Shown here: positions 34,654 to 42,858 of the stretch, in pieces
Numbering within the stretch: position 1 is the first letter of the stretch
How the letters are laid out: every line of letters begins with the position of its first letter
Assembly: GCA_009778595.1 (NCBI GenBank)
Contig: WRJI01000003.1
Coordinates: 6,308 to 70,307, forward strand
DNA length: 64,000 nucleotides
Origin: Peptococcaceae bacterium
GTDB taxonomy: Bacteria > Bacillota > Desulfitobacteriia > Desulfitobacteriales > Syntrophobotulaceae
Direction: 5' to 3'
Made by a program: the position numbers and the translations under genes
The notes under the pieces: model-generated
What the model was told of the DNA's origin: nothing
Seen by the model: the letters and a program-made list of their open reading frames with translations, nothing else
Databases searched by the model: none

Positions 34654-35484
34654 CTATATTAATGAGTGGACAAGCTGTTGGGTATACTCATGCTGCGGGT
34701 CTTCGAGGATTTGGTCGGTCAGACCGCTTTCGACGATCTTACCATCCAGCATTACAACGGTTCTGTCGGCAAGCATCCTGATAACGGCGAGGTCATGGGA
34801 GACCAACAGAATCGACATGCCATACCTTGCCTTGATTTTACGGATCAAGTCAAGGACCTTTGCTTGTACAGATAAATCAAGTCCTGTTGTGACCTCGTCC
34901 AACAACAACAGAGCCGGACGATTGGCAAGAGCTTTGGAAATCTGGACACGTTGCTGCATTCCCCCTGAGAAGTTCTTTGGGGCTTCACACATCCGGGAAG
35001 TCTGGATCTCGACGGCTTCCAAAAGTTCAGCGGCGCGTAATGTCATCTGCCCGGCATGTCGGCTTCCTGCCCCAATAAGCTTTTCGGCAATGTTGGACGC
35101 GGCGGAATAATTCATGCGCAATCCCAAAATCGGGTTCTGGTAAACCATGCCCATAATGGTGTTCTTGATCATACGACGCTCTGCGGAACTGGCGTCCCAT
35201 ATATTCTTCTGACCCTCTTTGTAGTCCCGCAAAGTTGCGCAACCGGATGTGGGCGTGAAGTCGAAGTACAAAGATCGCATAAGGGTGGATTTTCCGGACC
35301 CGCTCTCCCCCACGATACCTAACACCTCACCGGGATACACATCGAGAGAGATATCATTCACAGCCCAAACTGTTTTGCATACCGCGCAGCGATTCTTCTC
35401 GAGGCTTCCCCGGCAGGAGGGGCACCCTTCGCCGTATCGGAGAAGGAGGTTGCGGATCGACATCACCGGTTTCTCATTGAGCAT
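34654..35484 (-). CDS. phnK: C-P lyase ATP-binding component PhnK
   Basis: GEVLGIVGESGSGKST, FSGGMQQRVQI and GLTDQILEDPQHEYTQQLV are near-identical to E. coli PhnK blocks. Start trimmed to ATG 35484, which follows AAGGAGG. The track's 5-prime extension overlaps phnJ. Confidence 0.9.
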   Translation of the reverse strand: MLNEKPVMSIRNLLLRYGEGCPSCRGSLEKNRCAVCKTVWAVNDISLDVYPGEVLGIVGESGSGKSTLMRSLYFDFTPTSGCATLRDYKEGQKNIWDASSAERRMIKNTIMGMVYQNPILGLRMNYSAASNIAEKLIGAGSRHAGQMTLRAAELLEAVEIQTSRMCEAPKNFSGGMQQRVQISKALANRPALLLLDEVTTGLDLSVQAKVLDLIRKIKARYGMSILLVSHDLAVIRMLADRTVVMLDGKIVESGLTDQILEDPQHEYTQQLVHSLI

Positions 35485-36337
35485 GATCAACAACCTCCTT
35501 GCAATAGGAGGTATCGGAGCACTGATGAAACCTCTCCCCGGTTTGAGCATCAAAGACTTCGTCAAGATACGTATTTCCGCTGCCGCATAAACGGCATTGT
35601 TGGCCGGCGAAGCTTTCGATTTCAAAAGGCACATCGTCAAAAGCAAGAGAAATAACTTCAGTATGCGGCGGAATCGCATAAATCTTCTTTTCACGTCCCG
35701 CACCAAATAGATACAGACAAGAAGATTTATGCAACTTGGGATTGTCAAACTTAGGAATGGGACTGGGATTCATCACATACCGACCTTCGACCATGCACGG
35801 GTATTCTGACGCGATGGTCACCTTATTGTATTTCACCAGGCTCTCATAAAGTTGAAGCCAGATAGGAGCGTAATCCTTTTCTGCGTGCATTTGTTTTGTG
35901 ATTTCTTCCCGAGCTTCCACAATTCGAAGAGGTTCGGGGATGGGAACTTGCAACACAAGAATCTGCCCTTGGGTCAAAGGGATTTCCGGAATCCTGTGCC
36001 GGGTCTGGATCAGAGTTGCTTCGTGGGTCCTGGTCGTTGTTTTGACTTGGGTGCAAAGACCTACAAACTTCTTAATACTAACAGCATTCACACTCTCGTC
36101 GCTGCCTTGATCAATAACCTTAAGGGTGTCCTCCGGTCCTATCAGTGACAGTGTCAGCTGGATACCACCCGTACCCCAACCCCTTCCGATGGGGAGTTCA
36201 CGGGACCCAAAAGGGACCTGATAGCCTGGAATAGCCACAGCTTTCAGGGTGGCACGGCGTATTTCTCTTTTCGAACCCTCATCCAGAAAAGCAAAATTAT
36301 AATGATTATTCGTAAGTTTTCTGTGCTCAATTCCCAT
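35474..36337 (-). CDS. phnJ: C-P lyase catalytic radical-SAM subunit PhnJ
   Basis: YNFAFLDE, AIPGYQVPFG, GWGTGGIQLT, IQTRHRIPE, VPIPEPLR, PSPIPKFDNPK and a C-terminal Cys cluster. Confidence 0.95.
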   Translation of the reverse strand: MGIEHRKLTNNHYNFAFLDEGSKREIRRATLKAVAIPGYQVPFGSRELPIGRGWGTGGIQLTLSLIGPEDTLKVIDQGSDESVNAVSIKKFVGLCTQVKTTTRTHEATLIQTRHRIPEIPLTQGQILVLQVPIPEPLRIVEAREEITKQMHAEKDYAPIWLQLYESLVKYNKVTIASEYPCMVEGRYVMNPSPIPKFDNPKLHKSSCLYLFGAGREKKIYAIPPHTEVISLAFDDVPFEIESFAGQQCRLCGSGNTYLDEVFDAQTGERFHQCSDTSYCKEVVDHAQ

Positions 36338-36344
36338 ATCCAGC

Positions 36345-37397
36345 CTACCCCCTGGTTTTTCTTACCGCGTCTAATTTCGATTGAAAGGTCACATAATGAG
36401 GCAGCTTCAAATGGGAAATAAACCCGTTCATTTCCAGGCTGTCCCCGTGCATCAACACAAACTCTTCATTTTGCGTGGGATGAGGGCCACCGGCATCCAG
36501 TTCGCGATCAATAACTGACATGGAAATGGCTTTGTTCTCATTTCTGCCAAATACCGCGCCATAACCGACGGCTAGTTTCAACTGATCCTTATCATCCGCT
36601 GAATTAAAACACTCAACTTCTGTCATCATGATCTCGCCGATATAAATACTCTCACCGATCTCTGATAAATAAGGGACATAGAGCTCCACATAACCACAGC
36701 GCAATTCTCCAACAGTCGGATGCACTTGTCCAAACCCGCGAAGCACAGAATAAGCGAGTCCGGAAATAAAGCCGGTATCCGCACGGGTAAGGGTTTGCAA
36801 ACGGGCACTTCTGTCGCTGGGAAACTCCAGCATATTCATCGTAACATCATGAGGTGGCTGGTTATTCTCCTCACAACTGTCAATGATGCCTTCTTTTTTC
36901 AATGCGTCAGACACTCGTGGGCAAGGGTGAATCTCTTCCGCCGTTTGCGATGTCAGCATATTATGCATGTGCTCTTTGAGTTCGGCGGCATTTTCCTGAT
37001 CGAGATCAAAATTGATAAGCCTGTGTGTGTAATCATAAGTCGCGCCGAGAATCTGGCCGCCTGTTATGTCCTTAAACGCAGCGGATATGCGGCGCACAAT
37101 GCGCATATCTTCCGTGTTAACCACTTCCGTGTAGTAATTTCTTGTGAGGGTTGAGCGAAAAGCGCGCAACAAGAATACCGCTTCTTCCGGAGAGCCTTCA
37201 CATTGCTTAAGAGCAAGTGCTGCATATGTTTTGGCATATAAACCGGCTTCGCTCATCACGCGATCTACAAGCAAAGATAACTTGTTTTCAATTGCCTCAA
37301 TCTCGATATCTTTGTTCGTCCCGCTCCGATAATAATCCAGCAACCTGATGCTTTCTTCTATGGCTTCCTTACCGCCGGAAACCGCAACATACGCCAT
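36345..37397 (-). CDS. phnI: C-P lyase subunit PhnI
   Basis: MAYVAVSGGKEAIEES matches the PhnI N-terminus. Start trimmed to ATG 37397, 8 nt after GGAGG. Confidence 0.9.
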   Translation of the reverse strand: MAYVAVSGGKEAIEESIRLLDYYRSGTNKDIEIEAIENKLSLLVDRVMSEAGLYAKTYAALALKQCEGSPEEAVFLLRAFRSTLTRNYYTEVVNTEDMRIVRRISAAFKDITGGQILGATYDYTHRLINFDLDQENAAELKEHMHNMLTSQTAEEIHPCPRVSDALKKEGIIDSCEENNQPPHDVTMNMLEFPSDRSARLQTLTRADTGFISGLAYSVLRGFGQVHPTVGELRCGYVELYVPYLSEIGESIYIGEIMMTEVECFNSADDKDQLKLAVGYGAVFGRNENKAISMSVIDRELDAGGPHPTQNEEFVLMHGDSLEMNGFISHLKLPHYVTFQSKLDAVRKTRG

Positions 37398-37454
37398 CTG
37401 AATGACCTCCATACGTTCGTAATCCACCAAGTAAGAACTCGCTTCAGCGCATCT

Positions 37455-38036
37455 TCACGCAACAGTTATCAGGCGCGGGACAGCGAACAATTCCCCGGCT
37501 TCCGATATAAAGAGAAAATCGATGCCTTGGGGGTATTCGTATTCCTGTTTGTCGCGCAGGGTGATTGCTGCCTTGACAGTTGATGTCGCTTGAATGGTTC
37601 GGAAACCATCGATGCCCGGTCCCGAAAACGTCAAAGGATGGATAGGGTCGCCATCGTCATAAATGATAAGTGTGGCGCTTTTCTGTGGATCGGCCAAGGT
37701 TCCATATTTAGCGCTGCTTATCACCTTCTCGATTTCATCCGGGGCGAATACGAAAACAAAATCCGCAGCTTCGATACGATCCTGCTTCGCGAGAGTCAAC
37801 GATGCAATTTCCCCTGCTAACGGATCGTTCCCACATACATGATAGCTGACCTCATTGTCCAACAGCGTCATCGCGGTCGCCAGAAAAGCAGGATACGCAC
37901 AAAATAAGTCGTCGGTGTGTTCCCCCAAGTCTATGATCTTCGCCGGGTTTGACATAGCTTCGAGTATGATCCGGAACACCTTTTGGCTGTCAAATACGAT
38001 GTCAAAGTTATTCTTTTTTGTTAGCGTTGAGATCAT
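37455..38036 (-). CDS. phnH: C-P lyase subunit PhnH
   Basis: FDSQKVFRIILEAMSNP and a C-terminal GIDFLFIS....AVPR pattern. Confidence 0.85.
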   Translation of the reverse strand: MISTLTKKNNFDIVFDSQKVFRIILEAMSNPAKIIDLGEHTDDLFCAYPAFLATAMTLLDNEVSYHVCGNDPLAGEIASLTLAKQDRIEAADFVFVFAPDEIEKVISSAKYGTLADPQKSATLIIYDDGDPIHPLTFSGPGIDGFRTIQATSTVKAAITLRDKQEYEYPQGIDFLFISEAGELFAVPRLITVA

Positions 38037-38457
38037 CTGGCGCCTCCTGATCCATAGAATTGAAGTTGACCATCGTTTTCAGGTGCAGGGCATTTTCCTG
38101 CATCCTCAGGTGGGATTGTTCCTGTTCAAGTTCGAGGAGCTGATCCATACCGGTGAAAACACCCAAATTAATCGCAGCGTCAATAATGGCGATATCAAGA
38201 GCTTTCTCGATATCATCACCCATGATGACTGAGACACCTTTGACGTCGTTGATTTCTACCATCGCTTCACAAACAATGACTTCCCCGATATAGAATAGGC
38301 TCTGTTTCACAGGTTCCCGCATTTTGATCATTGTAAGGGTTTTTCCCGGTTCCTTGACGATAACAGGACTATAGGTCCTCTGAATCGCGGCGGATAGTTT
38401 CGCAACGATATCTTTGTCCGCTTGGGCCAGGATTTTTGTTAACCTCTTTTTCTCCAT
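38008..38457 (-). CDS. phnG: C-P lyase subunit PhnG
   Basis: 149 aa, with the right position and size. The F.GE....A.V pattern matches. Confidence 0.8.
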   Translation of the reverse strand: MEKKRLTKILAQADKDIVAKLSAAIQRTYSPVIVKEPGKTLTMIKMREPVKQSLFYIGEVIVCEAMVEINDVKGVSVIMGDDIEKALDIAIIDAAINLGVFTGMDQLLELEQEQSHLRMQENALHLKTMVNFNSMDQEAPDDLNANKKE

Positions 38458-38462
38458 GATTA

Positions 38463-39332
38463 TTATCTCACCTTAGCCTTGATTTTCGTTGCGGCCACTT
38501 CCAAAGCGATGACGGCGGCAACAATGATGAATGTCAAGAACCCGAGTTCACGGAGATCGAAATAAAAACTACCGGCCATAAAGAGATCGTAACCAATGCC
38601 ACCTGCCCCGGCAGCCGCCCCTATAGCTAGGGCGTTGGCAAAATTGATTTCAAAACGCAAGAATGTCCAGGCCACCATATAACTGATTGATGCGGGGAGT
38701 ACGGCCTGAAAGACAATCTGCCAATAACTTGCGCCGCTGGCTCTAAGGGCCTCAATAGTCCCGTCGTCCATGGTTTCAATGGATTCGGAATAAGCCTTGA
38801 TCAAAAAAGCGGCGCTGTGGAATGTCAGTCCCACAACAGCGGCAACACTTCCCAGTCCGGCTGCGACAGTAAAGATGAGAACCCATAAAATCGTGGGAAC
38901 CGCTCTGATGAAAGCGACAAAACTTTTGACCGCAAGGGCGACTTTGGGATTTGCGATGTTTTTGGCACAGAAGAGAGCGCCGAACACAGCGATGACAGCG
39001 CCATAAATTGTGGCCAGCACACCCAAAGAAAAGGTCACCCATAAAGCGTTGAGTACGCCCGGTATGGTGTTATAAGACAATTTCGGGGTCCCGAACATGA
39101 TCTTGGCATTATCAAGAGTGCTGACCACAGCTTGAGCGAAATTGATGCTCTTATAGTCAAAGAATAAGAAAGCATAGATCGTGAGCCCCAGCAAAATAAA
39201 AATTGTGAGGTTAATGGCAAGGGAGCTTTTTGATTGCGCAGCAATCTTGATTTTTCCTCCCCGGGTTCTCCGCATAGATTCAATGACATCTTGAGAAACA
39301 GGAGCCCGGCCTGAAAGAACAAGTTCGCTCAT
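38463..39332 (-). CDS. phnE: Phosphonate ABC transporter permease PhnE
   Basis: Polytopic permease with the EAA-like loop IETMDDGTIEALRASGAS. Confidence 0.85.
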   Translation of the reverse strand: MSELVLSGRAPVSQDVIESMRRTRGGKIKIAAQSKSSLAINLTIFILLGLTIYAFLFFDYKSINFAQAVVSTLDNAKIMFGTPKLSYNTIPGVLNALWVTFSLGVLATIYGAVIAVFGALFCAKNIANPKVALAVKSFVAFIRAVPTILWVLIFTVAAGLGSVAAVVGLTFHSAAFLIKAYSESIETMDDGTIEALRASGASYWQIVFQAVLPASISYMVAWTFLRFEINFANALAIGAAAGAGGIGYDLFMAGSFYFDLRELGFLTFIIVAAVIALEVAATKIKAKVR

Positions 39333-40156
39333 TACATAATCACCTTTCTAATTTGATTTGAAATGATTTCAATGACGATGACTAAGATCACAGTCAAGAT
39401 AACAACAAGGCTGGCTGCGCTGTAATCCATGCGTTTGTAATAGAGATCAAACAGTGCGCCAATGCCTGTGGCTGTGAGGATTCCAATCAAAGTGGAACTG
39501 CGGATATTGGTCTCAATCATATACATCACCCATGAAATGATTTCCGGTACAGATGACGGAATAATGCCTTGAAAAACTGTTTGCAGAGGCGTTGCGCCTG
39601 TGGCGTGCAAAGCTTCGACGCAGGAAGAACTGACCTCATCAATGGTTTCAATAAACGTACGGGTCAGCATCCCAAAAGTGGCAAAAAACAAAGCAAAAAA
39701 ACCTGTCAAGATGTTCTGCCCAAAAGAGAATAGCAGCAAGATCGCCCAGACCACATCAGGGACATTTCTGAAAAAGGCGGCAACAATTCTGACTAACCGG
39801 CTAATCCATGGATTGACCTTGGTGGTTCTTGTCCCGAGTAAACTGAAAAAAAACGCGCAGACAGCGGCACAAACCGTTACGGCAATAGACAGCAATGCCG
39901 TCTCGATGAGTTTCTCAAGAATCTTGGGAAGCTTTTCCCATGCTTGCGCGTTGGGAACAAAATTCTTCGCTATCCAAACAATAGATTGAGGAATGGATTC
40001 AAACCCCTTGATGACATCATAATTCGTGACAACAGCAGAAACGGTAAACAAAGCGAAGACGCTAACAAAAACAATTGTAAATGTCCGTTTTCTCTTTACA
40101 AATACAGAGGTTTGGTTTTGGGGTCTTGGGGCTTTCTTCATTGTTTCATCCAACAT
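39332..40156 (-). CDS. phnE: Phosphonate ABC transporter permease PhnE (second copy)
   Basis: Polytopic permease with IETIDEVSSSCVEALHATGAT. Confidence 0.85.
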   Translation of the reverse strand: MLDETMKKAPRPQNQTSVFVKRKRTFTIVFVSVFALFTVSAVVTNYDVIKGFESIPQSIVWIAKNFVPNAQAWEKLPKILEKLIETALLSIAVTVCAAVCAFFFSLLGTRTTKVNPWISRLVRIVAAFFRNVPDVVWAILLLFSFGQNILTGFFALFFATFGMLTRTFIETIDEVSSSCVEALHATGATPLQTVFQGIIPSSVPEIISWVMYMIETNIRSSTLIGILTATGIGALFDLYYKRMDYSAASLVVILTVILVIVIEIISNQIRKVIM

Positions 40157-40916
40157 CGGTGATCAACTCACCTTCGCTGGATTGATAGATCTCATAAATT
40201 GTTTCCTTGGCAAGATCCTCGGTGGGACCATCGTAAACAATCCGTCCTTGTGTCAGACCGATGATCCGTTTCGAATATTTCGTTGCAACATCCACCTGGT
40301 GAAGATTCAGAATGCACGTGATGCCCATGGTCTGATTAATATTGCTCAAATGATCCATAATGATTTTTGAGGAGCTTGGGTCAAGAGAGGCAATGGGCTC
40401 GTCGCATAAAATAAGGCGGGGTTCCTGCATAATGGAACGTGCTATGCCAACACGTTGTTTCTGTCCGCCTGACAATTCATCGCAACGTTTATAGGCTTGC
40501 TCTGTAAGTCCCAGCTTCTCAAGGATAATGAAAGCGTTTTCCTTTTCCCTTTCGGAATAGTGTCCGGCTACTCCGCTGATGGTGGACTTATGGCCGAGTC
40601 TTCCGTGCAACACGTTTTCAATAACACTGAGCCGGTCAACCAGGTTATAATGCTGAAAAATCATCCCGGTTTTCTTGCGTATCTGGCGGATCTCCTTTTT
40701 ATCGGCGCGATTAATATTATGGCCGTCAAAAACAATCTCCCCCTTCGTTGCATCAACCAAACGGTTGATGCAACGAAGGATGGTAGATTTGCCTGAGCCC
40801 GAAGGCCCTATTATAGTGACGAACTCGCCTTCATCGACTGTAAAAGAAACATCAGTGAGCGCCTGAGTCATTTTGTTGTATATTTTGTCAACATTACGGA
40901 ATTCCAAAATGGGCAT
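40146..40916 (-). CDS. phnC: Phosphonate ABC transporter ATPase PhnC
   Basis: GPSGSGKST, LSGGQKQRVGIAR, LCDEPIASLD. Start trimmed to MPILEFRNV at 40916. The track start TTG 40958 overlaps phnD. Confidence 0.85.
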   Translation of the reverse strand: MPILEFRNVDKIYNKMTQALTDVSFTVDEGEFVTIIGPSGSGKSTILRCINRLVDATKGEIVFDGHNINRADKKEIRQIRKKTGMIFQHYNLVDRLSVIENVLHGRLGHKSTISGVAGHYSEREKENAFIILEKLGLTEQAYKRCDELSGGQKQRVGIARSIMQEPRLILCDEPIASLDPSSSKIIMDHLSNINQTMGITCILNLHQVDVATKYSKRIIGLTQGRIVYDGPTEDLAKETIYEIYQSSEGELITDVG

Positions 40917-40936
40917 AGACTTAATACCATTCTTCT

Positions 40937-41968
40937 TTAGCGATATGGGTTGTACCAAGAATCATCAACTTTAACATACCCTTTGCTGGACCCGATCTTA
41001 TACAGACCAAAGGCATTGGGATCGTCCCCGTCATAGAAGATTATCTTGTTGTTGGTGACCACATCAGAGGTAAACAAGTCACGGATAGCTTTGATCTCAT
41101 CATCGCTGAGGTTTTTGGGGTTGTAGGCGTTGGGACCGTTGAACACAGGGGTGCAAGCGATAAGGGTAAATTCTTTACCTGCATGCACATTGAACGGAGC
41201 GTCAGCCCCCGACTTAACGGCATAGACAGCGCCAATCGTATTCTCTTCGCCGGATTTGAGTTCAAGATAAAGCTGCAACTCAATGTCACAGAAAGCCGCA
41301 ACATCAACATTGCCGGAGACTAAGCTAATCGCCGATCCTTGATGAGACTGACCGAAAAACACTTCGCTAAAGAATTTTCCATCCGGAAGCAGGTCGTCTT
41401 CTTTCAAATTTTCGCCGGCAAAATGAGAAATGATTGATGAAGTGGGAACCTTGAACCCTGAAGTGGAACTATTGGAAACAAATGACATTCTCTTGCCTTT
41501 AATATTGTCGATTGAAAAAGTGTCTCCGTCTTTGTAATCATCCGCTTTATCTGTCGGGACACAGAGCCACGAAAAATATTTAGCCCCGTCAAGTTTGCCG
41601 TCTTTATCAGCGTTCACAAACAGAACATCGACTTGGGGATTTCTGTTTTTCGCTTCGATATAACCCACAGCGCCCATCGCCATAGCAATATCGGCCGAAC
41701 CGCTTGCGATCGCTTCTATTGCGATTGTGTAATCGGTTGTCATCTTGTGTTCGACTTTTCTGCCGGTGGCTTCTTCAATAAGTTTCCCGACTTCCGCGCG
41801 GACATCGGCATGAGTGTTTGACGATTCGTTGGGATACCAGACAACGTTGATTGTGCCTTTATTGGTAGAATCCGGGTTGTCGTCAGAATTGCATCCGACG
41901 AGTCCTATTGCCAGAAAGGCAACAAGGAGAAGCGTTGAGATAACCTGTAAAGTGGTACGTTTTCGCAT
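40937..41968 (-). CDS. phnD: Phosphonate-binding lipoprotein PhnD
   Basis: The lipobox LVGC follows a signal peptide. It has a periplasmic-binding-protein body and is the first gene of the operon. Confidence 0.85.
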   Translation of the reverse strand: MRKRTTLQVISTLLLVAFLAIGLVGCNSDDNPDSTNKGTINVVWYPNESSNTHADVRAEVGKLIEEATGRKVEHKMTTDYTIAIEAIASGSADIAMAMGAVGYIEAKNRNPQVDVLFVNADKDGKLDGAKYFSWLCVPTDKADDYKDGDTFSIDNIKGKRMSFVSNSSTSGFKVPTSSIISHFAGENLKEDDLLPDGKFFSEVFFGQSHQGSAISLVSGNVDVAAFCDIELQLYLELKSGEENTIGAVYAVKSGADAPFNVHAGKEFTLIACTPVFNGPNAYNPKNLSDDEIKAIRDLFTSDVVTNNKIIFYDGDDPNAFGLYKIGSSKGYVKVDDSWYNPYR

Positions 41969-42136
41969 GCTTTTTCACCTAATCCTTACTTTGAATTTGA
42001 CAGCAGTCTGAATAATTAATGCTGATGAGCCAATAATAAATTCCCTATGTAAAATCCAACGGCAATATTGGGTAAAATGTGCGAATATTGATATGAGCAC
42101 CCAAGATGGCACCCGCGGCCAAGGCGACGAAAAACA

Positions 42137-42165
42137 TTGACACATAATGCGGCTCGTTGTATCAT
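42137..42165 (+). promoter_or_regulatory. Candidate sigma-A promoter for the TM2 gene (TTGACA-17-TATCAT)
   Basis: TTGACA at 42137-42142 and TATCAT at 42160-42165. Confidence 0.45.
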
Positions 42166-42248
42166 TATGACGAAACAAAGATGAATGCGAAAGAAAGATG
42201 CGATACCAAGACCACAAACTCATCTAAAAAAGTACTGGGGGAAAAACA

Positions 42249-42641
42249 ATGAATTGTAGCAATTGTGGAATGGCTTTGCAGGAGAATTCGGACTTCTGTT
42301 CCAATTGCGGAGCCATGAACGCTTCCCAAAAAACGGATCTGTATAACCAACAAAGCCCGTATCATCAGGCGCCTCCTTATCAGGCGCCCCCGTATCAACC
42401 AACCCCTTATCAAGGGGTTCCTGAGCAGAAGTCCAAGTTAGTTGCCGGGTTGCTGCAGATTTTCTTGTCTGGGTTTGCGGTAGGCCGATTCTATCTGGGG
42501 TACACCAATCTTGCTCTCGTACAGCTGTTGGTTTCGATTTTTACCTGTGGGATGGGTGCGCTATGGCCGCTTATCGATGGGATTATGATTCTGACCGGAT
42601 CCGTTCAGGTTGACGGCAAAGGGATCCCCCTGAAAGACTGA
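42249..42641 (+). CDS. TM2-domain membrane protein with N-terminal zinc ribbon and a P/Y/Q-rich linker
   Basis: CSNCG..CSNCG, then PYHQAPPYQAPPYQPTPYQG, then two TM helices with GRFYLGY. Confidence 0.7.
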   Translation: MNCSNCGMALQENSDFCSNCGAMNASQKTDLYNQQSPYHQAPPYQAPPYQPTPYQGVPEQKSKLVAGLLQIFLSGFAVGRFYLGYTNLALVQLLVSIFTCGMGALWPLIDGIMILTGSVQVDGKGIPLKD

Positions 42642-42725
42642 ATCGGGTACCGGTAAATATCCGTTGTGAATCGGGGCTGTTGCAAAACCACCAAAAATGG
42701 TATGCAACAGCTCCTTTCTGTAATA

Positions 42726-42760
42726 AAGCGAGCTTTTTACAAACTCGCTTTTTCTTTTTT
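42726..42760 (+). terminator. Rho-independent terminator after the TM2 gene
   Basis: AAGCGAG-N11-CTCGCTT followed by TTTTCTTTTTT. Confidence 0.55.
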
Positions 42761-42792
42761 GGGGGACTGTTGTTTTGCAACAGCCCCATTTT

Positions 42793-42821
42793 TTGCATTC
42801 CGCATAGCCAGCCTCTATAAT
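42793..42821 (+). promoter_or_regulatory. Candidate copA promoter (TTGCAT-17-TATAAT)
   Basis: TTGCAT at 42793-98 and TATAAT at 42816-21. The ATG at 42859 is preceded by GAGGAGG. Confidence 0.55.
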
Positions 42822-42858
42822 GAACATGTCTGACAAGACCATTCGAGGAGGTACGCAT

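Noticed and set aside
35485-35748. 88-codon N-terminal extension of the phnK ORF in the track.
   Set aside because: It overlaps the 3-prime end of phnJ in another frame and has no similarity to PhnK. A strong AAGGAGG RBS precedes the internal ATG at 35484.
41969-42136. PhoP/Pho-box direct repeats upstream of phnD (TTTACC..TTGCCG..TTTTACA on the minus strand).
   Set aside because: The matches to TT(A/T/C)ACA with 5-nt spacing are weak, and I could not place a convincing -10/-35. This is too speculative to annotate.
42762-42787. The GGGG...CCCC inverted repeat upstream of copA as a CsoR or CopY operator.
   Set aside because: It lies upstream of the -35 rather than over the promoter, lacks the CopY TACANNTGTA box, is followed by a T-run like a terminator, and has further complementary copies. 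No regulator gene is nearby.
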